From contig JBDHKN010000050.1 of the NCBI GenBank assembly GCA_039586365.1, forward strand, positions 1 to 35,240: DNA of 35,240 nt, in the 5' to 3' direction. This DNA comes from Gemmatimonadota bacterium. GTDB taxonomy: Bacteria > Gemmatimonadota > Gemmatimonadetes > Gemmatimonadales > GWC2-71-9. The position numbers and the translations under genes were made by a program. The notes beneath the pieces are model-generated. The model was given only the letters and a program-made list of their open reading frames with translations, made no database searches and was not told where the DNA came from. The number at the start of each line of letters is the position of its first letter. Position 1 is the stretch's first letter. Of the stretch, positions 18,643 through 27,609 are shown one piece after another.

Positions 18643-20610
18643 GTGCAGCAACGGTCTACCGGAGGACATCCGCTTCGAGGACGCGCTCGCTTGCGCCTGC
18701 TCCAGATTGCTTCAACAGCGGGTGTTCTTTTTCTACCCGGGTCCCAAACGCAGGCCCAACGGCAATACAATTCCTACAACGACATGACGGCCGCCCTCAG
18801 AGGAGTCGTCCGTGCGAACCCTGAGCTCGCCAGGATGGAGACTCTGGGGAAGACCCTCGAGGGCCGAGATGTCTGGCTGGTCGAGGTGGCAAACCGGCGC
18901 GGCACTCCGGTCGAGGAGCGACCCGGCCTCTTGGTCGTGGCGAGTCTGGAAGGAGATCAGGTAGTTGGCAGCGAGATCGCCGTCCACACAGTCGAGTACC
19001 TGCTGACCAACTACGCAGCTGATTCTGCTGTCAAGGAGCGCCTGGACAACCACGTCGTGTACGTGTTTCCGCGGCTCAATCCCGACGCGGCGGAGTTGAT
19101 GTTCGCTGACGTGCGAAGTGGCCGGCGTACCAACACGCGGCCCTACGACGACGACAACGATGGCCGTACCGACGAAGACGGGCCAGAAGATCTGAACGGT
19201 GACGGACTGATCACCGTGATGCGGGTCGCCGATCCGTCCGGCGCCTACGCCGTTCACCCAGATGAAGCACGGCTCATGAAGCTGGCTGAGGCAGCCAAGG
19301 GGGAATCCGGCAGCTACGAGATCTACTGGGAGGGAGTCGACAACGACGGCGACGGTTTCATCAACGAGGACCCTGCCGGTGGCGTCGATCTCAACCGGAA
19401 CTTCCAACACGAGTACCCTTACTACGAACCGGACGCAGGCCCACACATGGTGAGCGAAGTCGAGTCACGGGCCCTGATGGACTTCGTGATTGCTCATCGC
19501 AACATAGCCATAGTGCTGACATATGGCGCCAGCGACAACTTGGTGAATGCTCCTACCTCCAGTGGGGCCCTGGCGGAAGCGTCTATTGTGGCGTTGCTGG
19601 ACTACGCGGCCCAGAGTACTGGGGATGCTGCTGAGGTTGGTCTGTTTCAGGTCAGGCAGCCTGGGCGGTTCGGACGGTTCGGCATGTTCCCGCCGCAGCA
19701 ACAACAGCAGCGGCCGGATGCCGATGCCAGGGGACGAACTCCTCAGCCTCCGGCGACTACGATCAACTCGGCAGATCTCGAGTACGTCAATGTCATTGGC
19801 CGCGAATATCGGGAAATTACGGGCGTCGGTCAGGTGGCGACGACCCGCTCGCCAAAGGGGGCCTTTTTCCAATATGCATACTTCCAATTTGGCGTCCCGG
19901 CGTTCTCGACGCCCGGCTGGGGGGCGACAGATCCGAGCGGCGCTGATGCTGAGCCCGGTGCCGCAGCTCAGCCGCCCGAGCGACGGGGAAGGCCGCGCGG
20001 GGCGCCTGCGGCTGGAGTTCCAGGGCAGGGCATGCCGAGAGCGATGGCAGGCGCCACCTCAGGAAGCGGTGCCGATACCGACCTCAGGCTCCTCAGGTGG
20101 ATGGATGCTGAGGACATTGACGGCTTCGTCGACTGGACGGAATATCAGCATCCCACCCTTGGTTCTGTCGAGATCGGTGGCTTTAGCCCGTATGCCTTGA
20201 CCAACCCACCTGCATCCGTGCTGGACTCACTCGGTGAACTGAACGCACAGTTCGCGGTCTATCTGGCGTCGCTGTTCCCCCGAGTGAGGATTGCAGACGT
20301 CAAGGTGACCGACCACGGTGGGGGGGTGTTCGAGGTGGGGGCAGAGATCGAGAACTCAGGATTCCTGCCGACCGCGACGGCTCACGGTGTGCGCGCCAGA
20401 GCTGTGGCTCCCACCATGGTGCAGCTGGGAGTGCCCCCGGAGGATGTCATTACAGGGGACGCTAAGACGAGCTTCTTCCCGGCCCTGGACGGCTCTGGTG
20501 CGCGCCGCAGCTACTCATGGGTGATCAGGGGAGTGCAGGGAGCCCGGATAGAGCTTCGGGTGAGGTCACAGAAGGGTGGCAGAGACTCAGCAACCATCAC
20601 ACTCAGGTGA
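18643..20610 (+). CDS. Secreted M14 carboxypeptidase-like protein lacking the zinc ligands (probable pseudo-enzyme); start uncertain
   Basis: M14 landmarks GKTLEGRDVW, PRLNPD and GVDLNRNF are present. LEGDQ replaces HxxE, TYG replaces xxH and FSTP replaces FSNE. Confidence 0.85.
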   Translation: MQQRSTGGHPLRGRARLRLLQIASTAGVLFLPGSQTQAQRQYNSYNDMTAALRGVVRANPELARMETLGKTLEGRDVWLVEVANRRGTPVEERPGLLVVASLEGDQVVGSEIAVHTVEYLLTNYAADSAVKERLDNHVVYVFPRLNPDAAELMFADVRSGRRTNTRPYDDDNDGRTDEDGPEDLNGDGLITVMRVADPSGAYAVHPDEARLMKLAEAAKGESGSYEIYWEGVDNDGDGFINEDPAGGVDLNRNFQHEYPYYEPDAGPHMVSEVESRALMDFVIAHRNIAIVLTYGASDNLVNAPTSSGALAEASIVALLDYAAQSTGDAAEVGLFQVRQPGRFGRFGMFPPQQQQQRPDADARGRTPQPPATTINSADLEYVNVIGREYREITGVGQVATTRSPKGAFFQYAYFQFGVPAFSTPGWGATDPSGADAEPGAAAQPPERRGRPRGAPAAGVPGQGMPRAMAGATSGSGADTDLRLLRWMDAEDIDGFVDWTEYQHPTLGSVEIGGFSPYALTNPPASVLDSLGELNAQFAVYLASLFPRVRIADVKVTDHGGGVFEVGAEIENSGFLPTATAHGVRARAVAPTMVQLGVPPEDVITGDAKTSFFPALDGSGARRSYSWVIRGVQGARIELRVRSQKGGRDSATITLR

Positions 20611-20618
20611 GACGCGCC

Positions 20619-22409
20619 ATGAAGACGACGAGAGAAACAGCAAGTGCGGCGCTCAGAGTGGCTATCCTGTTTGCGGCCGCGATCTCACTGCTTGGCGTGG
20701 TGACTCCGAAACTGGACGCGCAGAGCGGATCGGATCCGCAATTCAGGGTCAAGATCGACTTCAATCGCTGGCACGACTACGACGAGTTGAAGACAGATCT
20801 ACTCCGGTTGGAGGAGGCCTTCCCGAAGTTTCTCACCTACTCATCGGTAGGGTCGAGCTACGAAGGCCGTGACATGATGCTCATGACGATCAACAATCCG
20901 GACACAGGCCCGGAGAATAGCAAGGCCGCCATGTACATCGAAGCAAACATTCACGGCAACGAGATTCAGGGCGGTGAGGTTTGCCTGTATACCATATGGT
21001 ACTTGATGGAGAACTACGGGAAGATAGCCGACGTCACGCGACTCGTGGACGAGCGGGTGTTCTACCTCTTCCCAACTGTGAATCCCGACGGCCGCGATTA
21101 CTTCATGGACGGCACCGGATCAGGTGCCCGTACAGGTCACGTACCGGTCGACGACGACAATGACGGTGCGTTCGACGAGGACGGTCCTGACGACCTGAAC
21201 GGCAACGGTGTCATCGAGCAGATTCGCAAGTACGTGCCGGGTGAAGGTGATATGCGTATCAGTCATCTCGATCCCCGCATCCTGGAGCCAGTGCCGAGTG
21301 GTGAGAAAGGTGACTGGGTACTGTTGGGATCGGAAGGCATTGACAACGACGGCGACGGACGAGTGAACGAAGACCCGCTGGGTGGGTACGATCCCAACCG
21401 CAACTGGGGCTCGAATTGGCAGCCCAGCTACATCCAGGGTGGTTCAATGGACTACCCGTTTCAACTGCCTGAGGCTCGAGCCGTGAATGACTTCTTGATG
21501 GCGCATCACAACATTGCCGGCGTCCAGTCCTACCACAACAGTGGAGGTATGATTCTGCGTGGGCCGGGTGCGCAATGGCAGGGAGTGTATCCTGCAGCGG
21601 ACGTCAGTGCATACAATGAATTGGGAGAGAACGGTGCACGCATGCTGCCGTACTACCGCTACATAGTCCTCTGGTCGGGCCTGTACACTGTTCACGGTGG
21701 TTTCATCGACTGGACCAACGACGGTCTCGGCATACTGTCGTTCTCGAATGAGCTGTGGGCGCGCGATCAGTACTTCAACAGTCCCGACTTGCAGCGCCAG
21801 CAGCAAGACCCGAGCAGCCCCATCGCTCCGCCCAAGGACGGCTACTTCTTCGACGATCTCCTGGAGCTAGGGAACGAGTATGTAGAGTGGCAGGCGTTTG
21901 ACCATCCTGATTTCGGTCGGGTTGAAATGGGTGGCTGGAAGAAGACCCGCGGCAGAGTGCCACCACGGTTCATGAACGAAGAATTGGCACACCGCAACAT
22001 GGCGTTCACCCTGTACCAAGCCGACCAGATGCCGTTAATGAGCATGAAGCAGCCCACGGTAGAGAGGGTCAGTGGCAACGTTTACCGAGTGCGAGTCGAA
22101 CTGATGAACGATAGGGTTACGCCGACGATCATGGAGAAGGCCGCTCAAAACAACGTGGTGCGCCCCGATCTCATGACGCTGGACGGAACCGTAGAAGTCA
22201 TATCGGCTGGCATAGTGCAGAACAAGTTCCGGCCCGATCCGAGTGAGAGGATTGACCAGCACGACCTCAAACGAATCATCTTCCGTAACGGTCATCCTGG
22301 AAACAGGTCGCGTGTTGTCGAGTACCTTCTCAAGGGATCGGGTAACGTCACGGTGAGGTACTCCAGTCTGAAGGGTGGCACTGTAGAACAAACGTTCTCG
22401 CTGAGATAG
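20619..22409 (+). CDS. Secreted M14 zinc carboxypeptidase
   Basis: Signal peptide, ANIHGNE (HxxE), VNPDGR, DPNRNW, QSYHNSG and FSNELW. Confidence 0.92.
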   Translation: MKTTRETASAALRVAILFAAAISLLGVVTPKLDAQSGSDPQFRVKIDFNRWHDYDELKTDLLRLEEAFPKFLTYSSVGSSYEGRDMMLMTINNPDTGPENSKAAMYIEANIHGNEIQGGEVCLYTIWYLMENYGKIADVTRLVDERVFYLFPTVNPDGRDYFMDGTGSGARTGHVPVDDDNDGAFDEDGPDDLNGNGVIEQIRKYVPGEGDMRISHLDPRILEPVPSGEKGDWVLLGSEGIDNDGDGRVNEDPLGGYDPNRNWGSNWQPSYIQGGSMDYPFQLPEARAVNDFLMAHHNIAGVQSYHNSGGMILRGPGAQWQGVYPAADVSAYNELGENGARMLPYYRYIVLWSGLYTVHGGFIDWTNDGLGILSFSNELWARDQYFNSPDLQRQQQDPSSPIAPPKDGYFFDDLLELGNEYVEWQAFDHPDFGRVEMGGWKKTRGRVPPRFMNEELAHRNMAFTLYQADQMPLMSMKQPTVERVSGNVYRVRVELMNDRVTPTIMEKAAQNNVVRPDLMTLDGTVEVISAGIVQNKFRPDPSERIDQHDLKRIIFRNGHPGNRSRVVEYLLKGSGNVTVRYSSLKGGTVEQTFSLR

Positions 22410-22599
22410 CGGAGGATCAGCCAGGCCTTCATAACCGAAACAGTCACGGCGGCAGGGCCCGGGGATCAATAGCGCCCGGGCCGGAGTCCGCCCGTGCTAA
22501 CCGGTTACTCTGCTGCTCACATCTTCTCCCCGTGATGCTGCACCAAGTTTCGGTAGGTAGTCTCGCAGCTTCGGGTGAACAGCACTTGAATGGAACCTT

Positions 22600-23112
22600 A
22601 TGACAGGAAACAAGCAGCAGCTCGAGGGAGCCCTCTGGCTATTGGCGCGTGGCTCGAGCGGGGAGAACGATCTAACCATCTCGATTGTACGCAATAGCGC
22701 TGACCTCGACGAGAATCAGATCCGCTGGGAATTGCACGCTCTAAGGCTGTTTGCGGTTGAATCGGGCGCTTACCTCGGTTGTTCAGGTGACCCCGGCCGA
22801 TACGACAGGTTGCTGGCGGCGTTGTATGGACCCATGGTACGTGAGTACCGTGAAGACTCAAATCCGCAGGCGTCCCTCGATTTCCAGACACTCAAGGCTC
22901 GTGTGGAGATGTACCGGCGGGTGGTGGGAGCTGCTGAAGAGTCGGAAACGTCGCCAGAGAATCTGGTGCGACGGGTTGGTCAGCTCTTTGCGGAGCTGTG
23001 CAAGGCCACAGATGCGAATGCGGCCGATGCCGGAAGTTCAGTATTCATGGCTACGGCGCGCCAGGCCAAGCACGTTGCAGAACTCGTAGTAATGAATGAG
23101 GGTGCCCCCTGA
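22600..23112 (+). CDS. Hypothetical alpha-helical protein
   Basis: 170-aa ATG-started ORF with protein-like composition. No motif recognised. Confidence 0.55.
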   Translation: MTGNKQQLEGALWLLARGSSGENDLTISIVRNSADLDENQIRWELHALRLFAVESGAYLGCSGDPGRYDRLLAALYGPMVREYREDSNPQASLDFQTLKARVEMYRRVVGAAEESETSPENLVRRVGQLFAELCKATDANAADAGSSVFMATARQAKHVAELVVMNEGAP

Positions 23113-23166
23113 ATCGTCTCCGCACGGGGAAACTCGATATCTCACTGGGTGGCAGAAACAACAAAT

Positions 23167-23215
23167 GGCTGTCTTATATCAACTGTCCCCTATCAAGTGT
23201 CAGCTGCCAGTTGTC
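23167..23215. repeat. Degenerate heptamer array (7 units, consensus about NNCTGTC)
   Basis: ggctgtc ttatatc aactgtc ccctatc aagtgtc agctgcc agttgtc. Confidence 0.6.
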
Positions 23216-23235
23216 ACCCGGTTCTCTGTACCTCA

Positions 23236-23400
23236 CTATACCTGCAACGTCTTGATCGGGTCCAATTGCACCGCTCGCCGCGCCGGGATGAACTACGCAG
23301 CCACGCCGACCAAACCGAACAGTAGACCAACGCCGACGAATGTCGTTGGATCCGTCGGTTCCACGCCGACCAGCGCTGCTGAATCAAGCGCGTGAAGCCT
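23236..23400 (-). pseudogene. Relic 3' end of an ADOP-type ABC permease
   Basis: Minus strand reads LVGVEPTDPTTFVGVGLLFGLVGVAA*FIPARRAVQLDPIKTLQV*, which aligns by eye with the C-terminus of 2458-4902. Internal TAG at 23293-23295. Confidence 0.8.
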
Positions 23401-23509
23401 CGGCCGAGGTCAAATCAGTTGACAATGGAAGAATGGTCCGGGTGGCAGCACTTCGCAGCGCAGGGAAAGCTGCAGACCGGGCGGTGCCCGTCCAGTGAGA
23501 ATACGGGGC

Positions 23510-24451
23510 TTAGGCCGCGACCCCTTTTGCTATACGCTCGGCCACACCCAGCCCGTCTAACAGGATGCGCTCCGCCGACAGGGCATCAGTGGCATATCCT
23601 TTCCGTTTGGTCGTGGTTTGTCTCAGCACCATGACCTCCACCTCGCCCTCGCGCTTGAACTCCTTGGTGAGAAAGTCGAGCGGAACATGTCCCCGGTATG
23701 CCTCGTGCAGGCCGAACCCCTTACGCGCCACCAAGACGACGTAGAAGTACGGGTACGAGGTGCCCTGCACTTCATTGATCACGACCTGCCCATAGAGGCC
23801 CAGGAAGCCCTCGTCTCGACCCGCCGGATCAATCTTGAATTTGACGTCTTCAGGAATCGGTGTTTCTCCCCCGCTCAACAACATCAACAGGGTCAAATTG
23901 TGGTCCCTGAGGCGGCGCTCAGCTCGGGCCAACACCGTCTGGATCGTCTCGATGCGGGTGAGGAGGTTGGGCCTCCGCAGTATTGACCGAATCCCAGTGA
24001 CCCAATGGGGTAGCAATAGCACTATGGCATCCAGGGCGAGGACGCGTGCATAACCGGTAGTTGTCACGACTCCAAATCCGAGCCCACCAAAAACGAACAA
24101 GAAGAGCACAAATCCCAGGCCGTTTGTAATGTCCAATGCACTGCTGTCCCATTTCTTGATCTTCTTATCGAGGATCTTCAGTTGTTCCAGCTTCCCCATG
24201 TCTACCCGCTCCCAATGCGTTTCCGGATCGAATCCCTTCGCTTCAACCCGGTTGTCATATCCCTTGACCAGCAACAACAGGTTTCCGGCCAGGAGTAGCA
24301 GGCCCCCTGTAAGGAACGAACCTGAGAGAGCCTGGATGAGAATCCCGATCACGATCAAAACGAAGCTGATCGAGAGCCTGGTCCCGTAGCGTACTGAACG
24401 GAGGAGTAGAAAGACGACTATGCCGCGATCCTGCGACGCTGGAAGTATCAT
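23510..24451 (-). CDS. Membrane protein of unknown function, third gene of the radical SAM operon
   Basis: ATGA overlap with the rSAM stop. Two TM hairpins followed by a soluble domain (FLGLYGQVVINEVQGTSYPYFYVVLVA). Confidence 0.8.
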   Translation of the reverse strand: MILPASQDRGIVVFLLLRSVRYGTRLSISFVLIVIGILIQALSGSFLTGGLLLLAGNLLLLVKGYDNRVEAKGFDPETHWERVDMGKLEQLKILDKKIKKWDSSALDITNGLGFVLFLFVFGGLGFGVVTTTGYARVLALDAIVLLLPHWVTGIRSILRRPNLLTRIETIQTVLARAERRLRDHNLTLLMLLSGGETPIPEDVKFKIDPAGRDEGFLGLYGQVVINEVQGTSYPYFYVVLVARKGFGLHEAYRGHVPLDFLTKEFKREGEVEVMVLRQTTTKRKGYATDALSAERILLDGLGVAERIAKGVAA

Positions 24452-25806
24452 TGCTCGAAATGCTCCGTGGTGACTGGTCGAAAGCCTTTCCTATCGTTCA
24501 GTTCGGCGAAACCAAGCTGCCGCCAATACAGCGGGCAGGCGCCATTACAGACTGCAAAGTGCTCGCAACTGCGGCATTCAGGGTGCGCCAACGCTTTGTC
24601 ACGGAAGTGCTCTACTCGTCTCGCCGTCCAGATCTCCTGAACATCCTGATGCAGCAAGTTGCCCACGCTCTCGTCATAGGAGGCACACGGAAGGACGTCG
24701 CCGTTGGCTCCTACTGAGAGCAAGCCGTCACAGGCGCTGCAGCCCTTGTTCCCAAGACCGTTGGCAACAGGGTTGAACATGCACATCGGCGTAGGCGAAT
24801 ACCACATGAACTCCACATCGTACCGTTTGCTCTCTTCGGCGATGGCCGTCAGGTGAGTTCCCAATTCACTGTAACGGACCACCAGTCTATCGTTCAGAGC
24901 AGCGCTGCCGGTTGGCACCACGAGATTCATGCTGAACTTCTCGTTTCCGAGCTTCTGTTTGACGAACTGCGGCATCCTGGCACACTCATGCAGGTTGTCG
25001 CGGTTGATAGTGGTGTTGGTGTGTACGGGTATACCTGATTCCTTGAGATGCTGGACCGCCGCCACTGTGGGTCTAAACGACCGTGGTATCATCGTCACGC
25101 GCTCGTGCACTTCGGCGGTCACTCCCTCGAGACTCACCTGGGCAGAATCTAGTCCTGCATCGGCCAGTGCTTCGGCCGACTTCCGGCCTATTCGCGTTCC
25201 GTTCGTGATGAGGTTGACCCACATTCCCAGCCCCTTGGCGTACCGTATCAACTCGGGTAGATCGGTGCGCAGGGCGGGTTCACCGCCAGTGAAGCTCACC
25301 GAGGGCACTTCCGCGTCGTGGTAGATCTTGTGCAGCACCTGTTTGATCTCTGAGGTGCTCATCTCACGATCGTCACACACAGGGTTCGTGGTGCAGTTGC
25401 AGCCCGCATAGCAGAACGTGCACTTGAGGTTGCAGCGATAGGTAACGGCCACCTCCGACAAGATTGGTAGCTCGGAGAACCGCAGGTTGAACGAGCGGAC
25501 TTCTACGGCGCAAGTCCGATTCTGATCGTCGAGCCGGCCCTCCAGGAAGCGTTTCACCTCGAATATGAACATTAGGATGTCGTGGATCTTATGCGGCTCA
25601 CGGCCGATCTGGTCCAGCAACTGGTGGATGCTGACTCCCGCCAGCAGAGTCTTGATGATTTTCACTCCTTGGGGGTTCAGCTTTTGCGCCTGGTTGGGTC
25701 GCTTGATAATGACGTTGTCTCGCTCTCTCACGAAGACGTACGGTCGAATCCTGGTTACGAACTCGTCAATCCAGCTGAGATCAATCGCGTTCCCCTGCGC
25801 AATCAA
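24448..25806 (-). CDS. Radical SAM/SPASM protein with probable N-terminal RRE (PqqD-like) domain
   Basis: CNLKCTFC (CxxxCxxC), SFTGGEP, LITNGT, and SPASM CSACDG...GDVLPC...CRSCEHFAVCNGACP. Probable TTG start at 25806 overlaps the upstream TGA, with GGGAG in front. Confidence 0.92.
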   Translation of the reverse strand: MIAQGNAIDLSWIDEFVTRIRPYVFVRERDNVIIKRPNQAQKLNPQGVKIIKTLLAGVSIHQLLDQIGREPHKIHDILMFIFEVKRFLEGRLDDQNRTCAVEVRSFNLRFSELPILSEVAVTYRCNLKCTFCYAGCNCTTNPVCDDREMSTSEIKQVLHKIYHDAEVPSVSFTGGEPALRTDLPELIRYAKGLGMWVNLITNGTRIGRKSAEALADAGLDSAQVSLEGVTAEVHERVTMIPRSFRPTVAAVQHLKESGIPVHTNTTINRDNLHECARMPQFVKQKLGNEKFSMNLVVPTGSAALNDRLVVRYSELGTHLTAIAEESKRYDVEFMWYSPTPMCMFNPVANGLGNKGCSACDGLLSVGANGDVLPCASYDESVGNLLHQDVQEIWTARRVEHFRDKALAHPECRSCEHFAVCNGACPLYWRQLGFAELNDRKGFRPVTTEHFEQ

Positions 25807-27362
25807 TGGGAACTCCCGCTCACGCAAGCTGAGTGACAGGCGGAGTGACAGGCCGAGTGGCACGCCGAATGGCAGGCGGAATGACATGCCGAGTGGCAGG
25901 CATCATGGCATACGTTGATGGCCGTCATGAGGTCAGCGTCGACGAATCCGGAGACCAGGTGATCACTCGTGGCCGGGATGTCGGTCTCGTGGCAAAACGG
26001 ATCGCGGTCATGGTAGTATCGGTGTGTGTAATACGGGTGGTGGTTGTGATACCACCAATACCAGTCGGAGTCGGTGCCGCGCTGTTGTTCCTTGGCCTTC
26101 TCTGCTACTAGGTCCTGGTAGTAGGCCTTGGTGGCAGCTACATCACAATCCCAGGCCTTCTTGCGGATGTTGTCCACCGCCAGATTCATGAGTGACTCCA
26201 GCTCCGCTTGGGATAGGCGGCGGTCATCCTCCAGCGACTCGAAGAAGAGCCGCTCATACTGGTCGAGCTTCTCCTTGTTCGGCCGATTCACCACGCGTAC
26301 CCTCAGCGGGTCTCTGGATAGCACTGCGAGAAAGCCTTCTGTCACCATCGAGTCCAGCATTGCGCTCAAGATGCGTTTGAAGGGGAGGCCCAAATAGAAT
26401 GCCGCCTCGAGGGCGGAAAGATCTTTGCAGATCTTCCCAGGCTGGCGGAAACTGGACAGCACCAACTTGGGCGGTGTCCAGTCCAGGGTATCCCAGCGGA
26501 TGTCGTCGAGTCCACGGTGTGCGGTTACCATGGAGCGGTGCTTGCCGGTTACCACCAGGAAGAAGAAGCCAAGTAGCAGGACGATGCCACCTGCGAACAT
26601 CAGGTTCACTTTGAGCGGTGAGCCGAACCGGGAGGTTTGAGCCACCGACTCGGCCAAGGAGAACCACTCTGCGGGCAAATAGAATTGGGCCCGCATGTCG
26701 TACTCGCTTCCGGGCCGATCGCGGTGAAATACAAGGCGCAGCCGGTCGGCTTCACCACGCTGGTAGTCAATCCTGAACTTGTCATTGACCCAACGCTCCG
26801 TGAGCACGGCCTGTTGTTCCTCCACGTAGCTTCTCGCATCGATACCGGGCTCGAGAACGTGCGGTAGCAGGACATTCAATGTGTAGTGATCCTGGTTCCG
26901 CGCTTCATTCCATTGGACCGGCGACCAGTTGAATACGGTGAGCTGGCGACCGTCGGGTGACGTCGTTGGCGCAACGTAGCCGGCCGCTGCGAAGTTGGTG
27001 GCAAAGGCGAAGAAGAAGGTGACGGTTCCCGCAGACACACCCTGGCCTCGCGCCAGAACTATATCCCAGCGTCCACGCGAAACCTGGCTGATTGACAACT
27101 CATAACGTCGTCCTGCGGCGTCGATCGCGTAGGAGTTCTGGTCCAGCATGGATACTGAGAGCCGGTCATTGCCCTCAAAGTAGAAGCCATGCATCTCACC
27201 CCTCAGAACGGCCCACTGCACTGCGTAGAGCACAACTGCAGATCCGTCTGCGCGGAGGTCGACGCTGGTCTCGACGAAACGAATCTCTCCGGGGCCGGAT
27301 TGGCTGGTGTTGATCGACGGAATAAGGAACAGGCAGAACAGGCTGGCGACGAATCGCATCAC
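25803..27362 (-). CDS. Single-pass membrane protein (DUF2207-like architecture) with C-terminal CHDA-(CHSA)6-C tail; candidate rSAM substrate
   Basis: Signal peptide, VDLRADGSAVVLY ectodomain start, one TM (LMFAGGIVLLLGFFFLVV), LSALEAAFYL and LDQYERLFF segments, then the Cys/His repeat. RBS GGGGAG. Confidence 0.85.
   Translation of the reverse strand: MMRFVASLFCLFLIPSINTSQSGPGEIRFVETSVDLRADGSAVVLYAVQWAVLRGEMHGFYFEGNDRLSVSMLDQNSYAIDAAGRRYELSISQVSRGRWDIVLARGQGVSAGTVTFFFAFATNFAAAGYVAPTTSPDGRQLTVFNWSPVQWNEARNQDHYTLNVLLPHVLEPGIDARSYVEEQQAVLTERWVNDKFRIDYQRGEADRLRLVFHRDRPGSEYDMRAQFYLPAEWFSLAESVAQTSRFGSPLKVNLMFAGGIVLLLGFFFLVVTGKHRSMVTAHRGLDDIRWDTLDWTPPKLVLSSFRQPGKICKDLSALEAAFYLGLPFKRILSAMLDSMVTEGFLAVLSRDPLRVRVVNRPNKEKLDQYERLFFESLEDDRRLSQAELESLMNLAVDNIRKKAWDCDVAATKAYYQDLVAEKAKEQQRGTDSDWYWWYHNHHPYYTHRYYHDRDPFCHETDIPATSDHLVSGFVDADLMTAINVCHDACHSACHSACHSACHSACHSACHSACVSGSSH
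25824..25910 (-). repeat. 12-bp-period coding repeat encoding CHDA(CHSA)6C, 8 Cys at i/i+4 spacing
   Basis: Units differ at synonymous positions (tgc/tgt, cac/cat, tcg/tcc/tca, gca/gcc/gcg/gct). Confidence 0.95.
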
Positions 27363-27609
27363 GGCTGTCGTCTCCCCGAGGAGTGAACCACTTTGGCGAC
27401 GGACATGTCAGACTCATGGCGAAGATACGGTCAGCTAGGCTACGCGTCCAGCGGTTTGGCTGAGATTTGCAGATAGCCACGCTCGGACGCACCCCGCTTG
27501 CGATCTCTTGGCACGTCTCGAGAGCAGCAGGTATCACCACGTCGACCCTTGCGACGACCTGGCGGGTGGAGTGAAAGAGTGTGGGGTGGCAGACGCTCGA
27601 ACGAAGACT

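Noticed and set aside
25807..25887. ORF-track start of the rSAM at 25887 (MSFRLPFGVPLGLSLRLSLSL)
   Set aside because: This is the alternate-frame reading of the CHSA repeat. A TTG at 25806 with an RBS and stop/start overlap is more plausible.
25824..25910. CHSACH read as overlapping CX3CH heme-c attachment motifs, given the neighbouring cytochrome operon
   Set aside because: Predicted topology (signal peptide, ectodomain, single TM) puts the tail in the cytoplasm, away from periplasmic cytochrome c maturation, and the motifs share Cys residues. Not fully excluded if the topology prediction is wrong.
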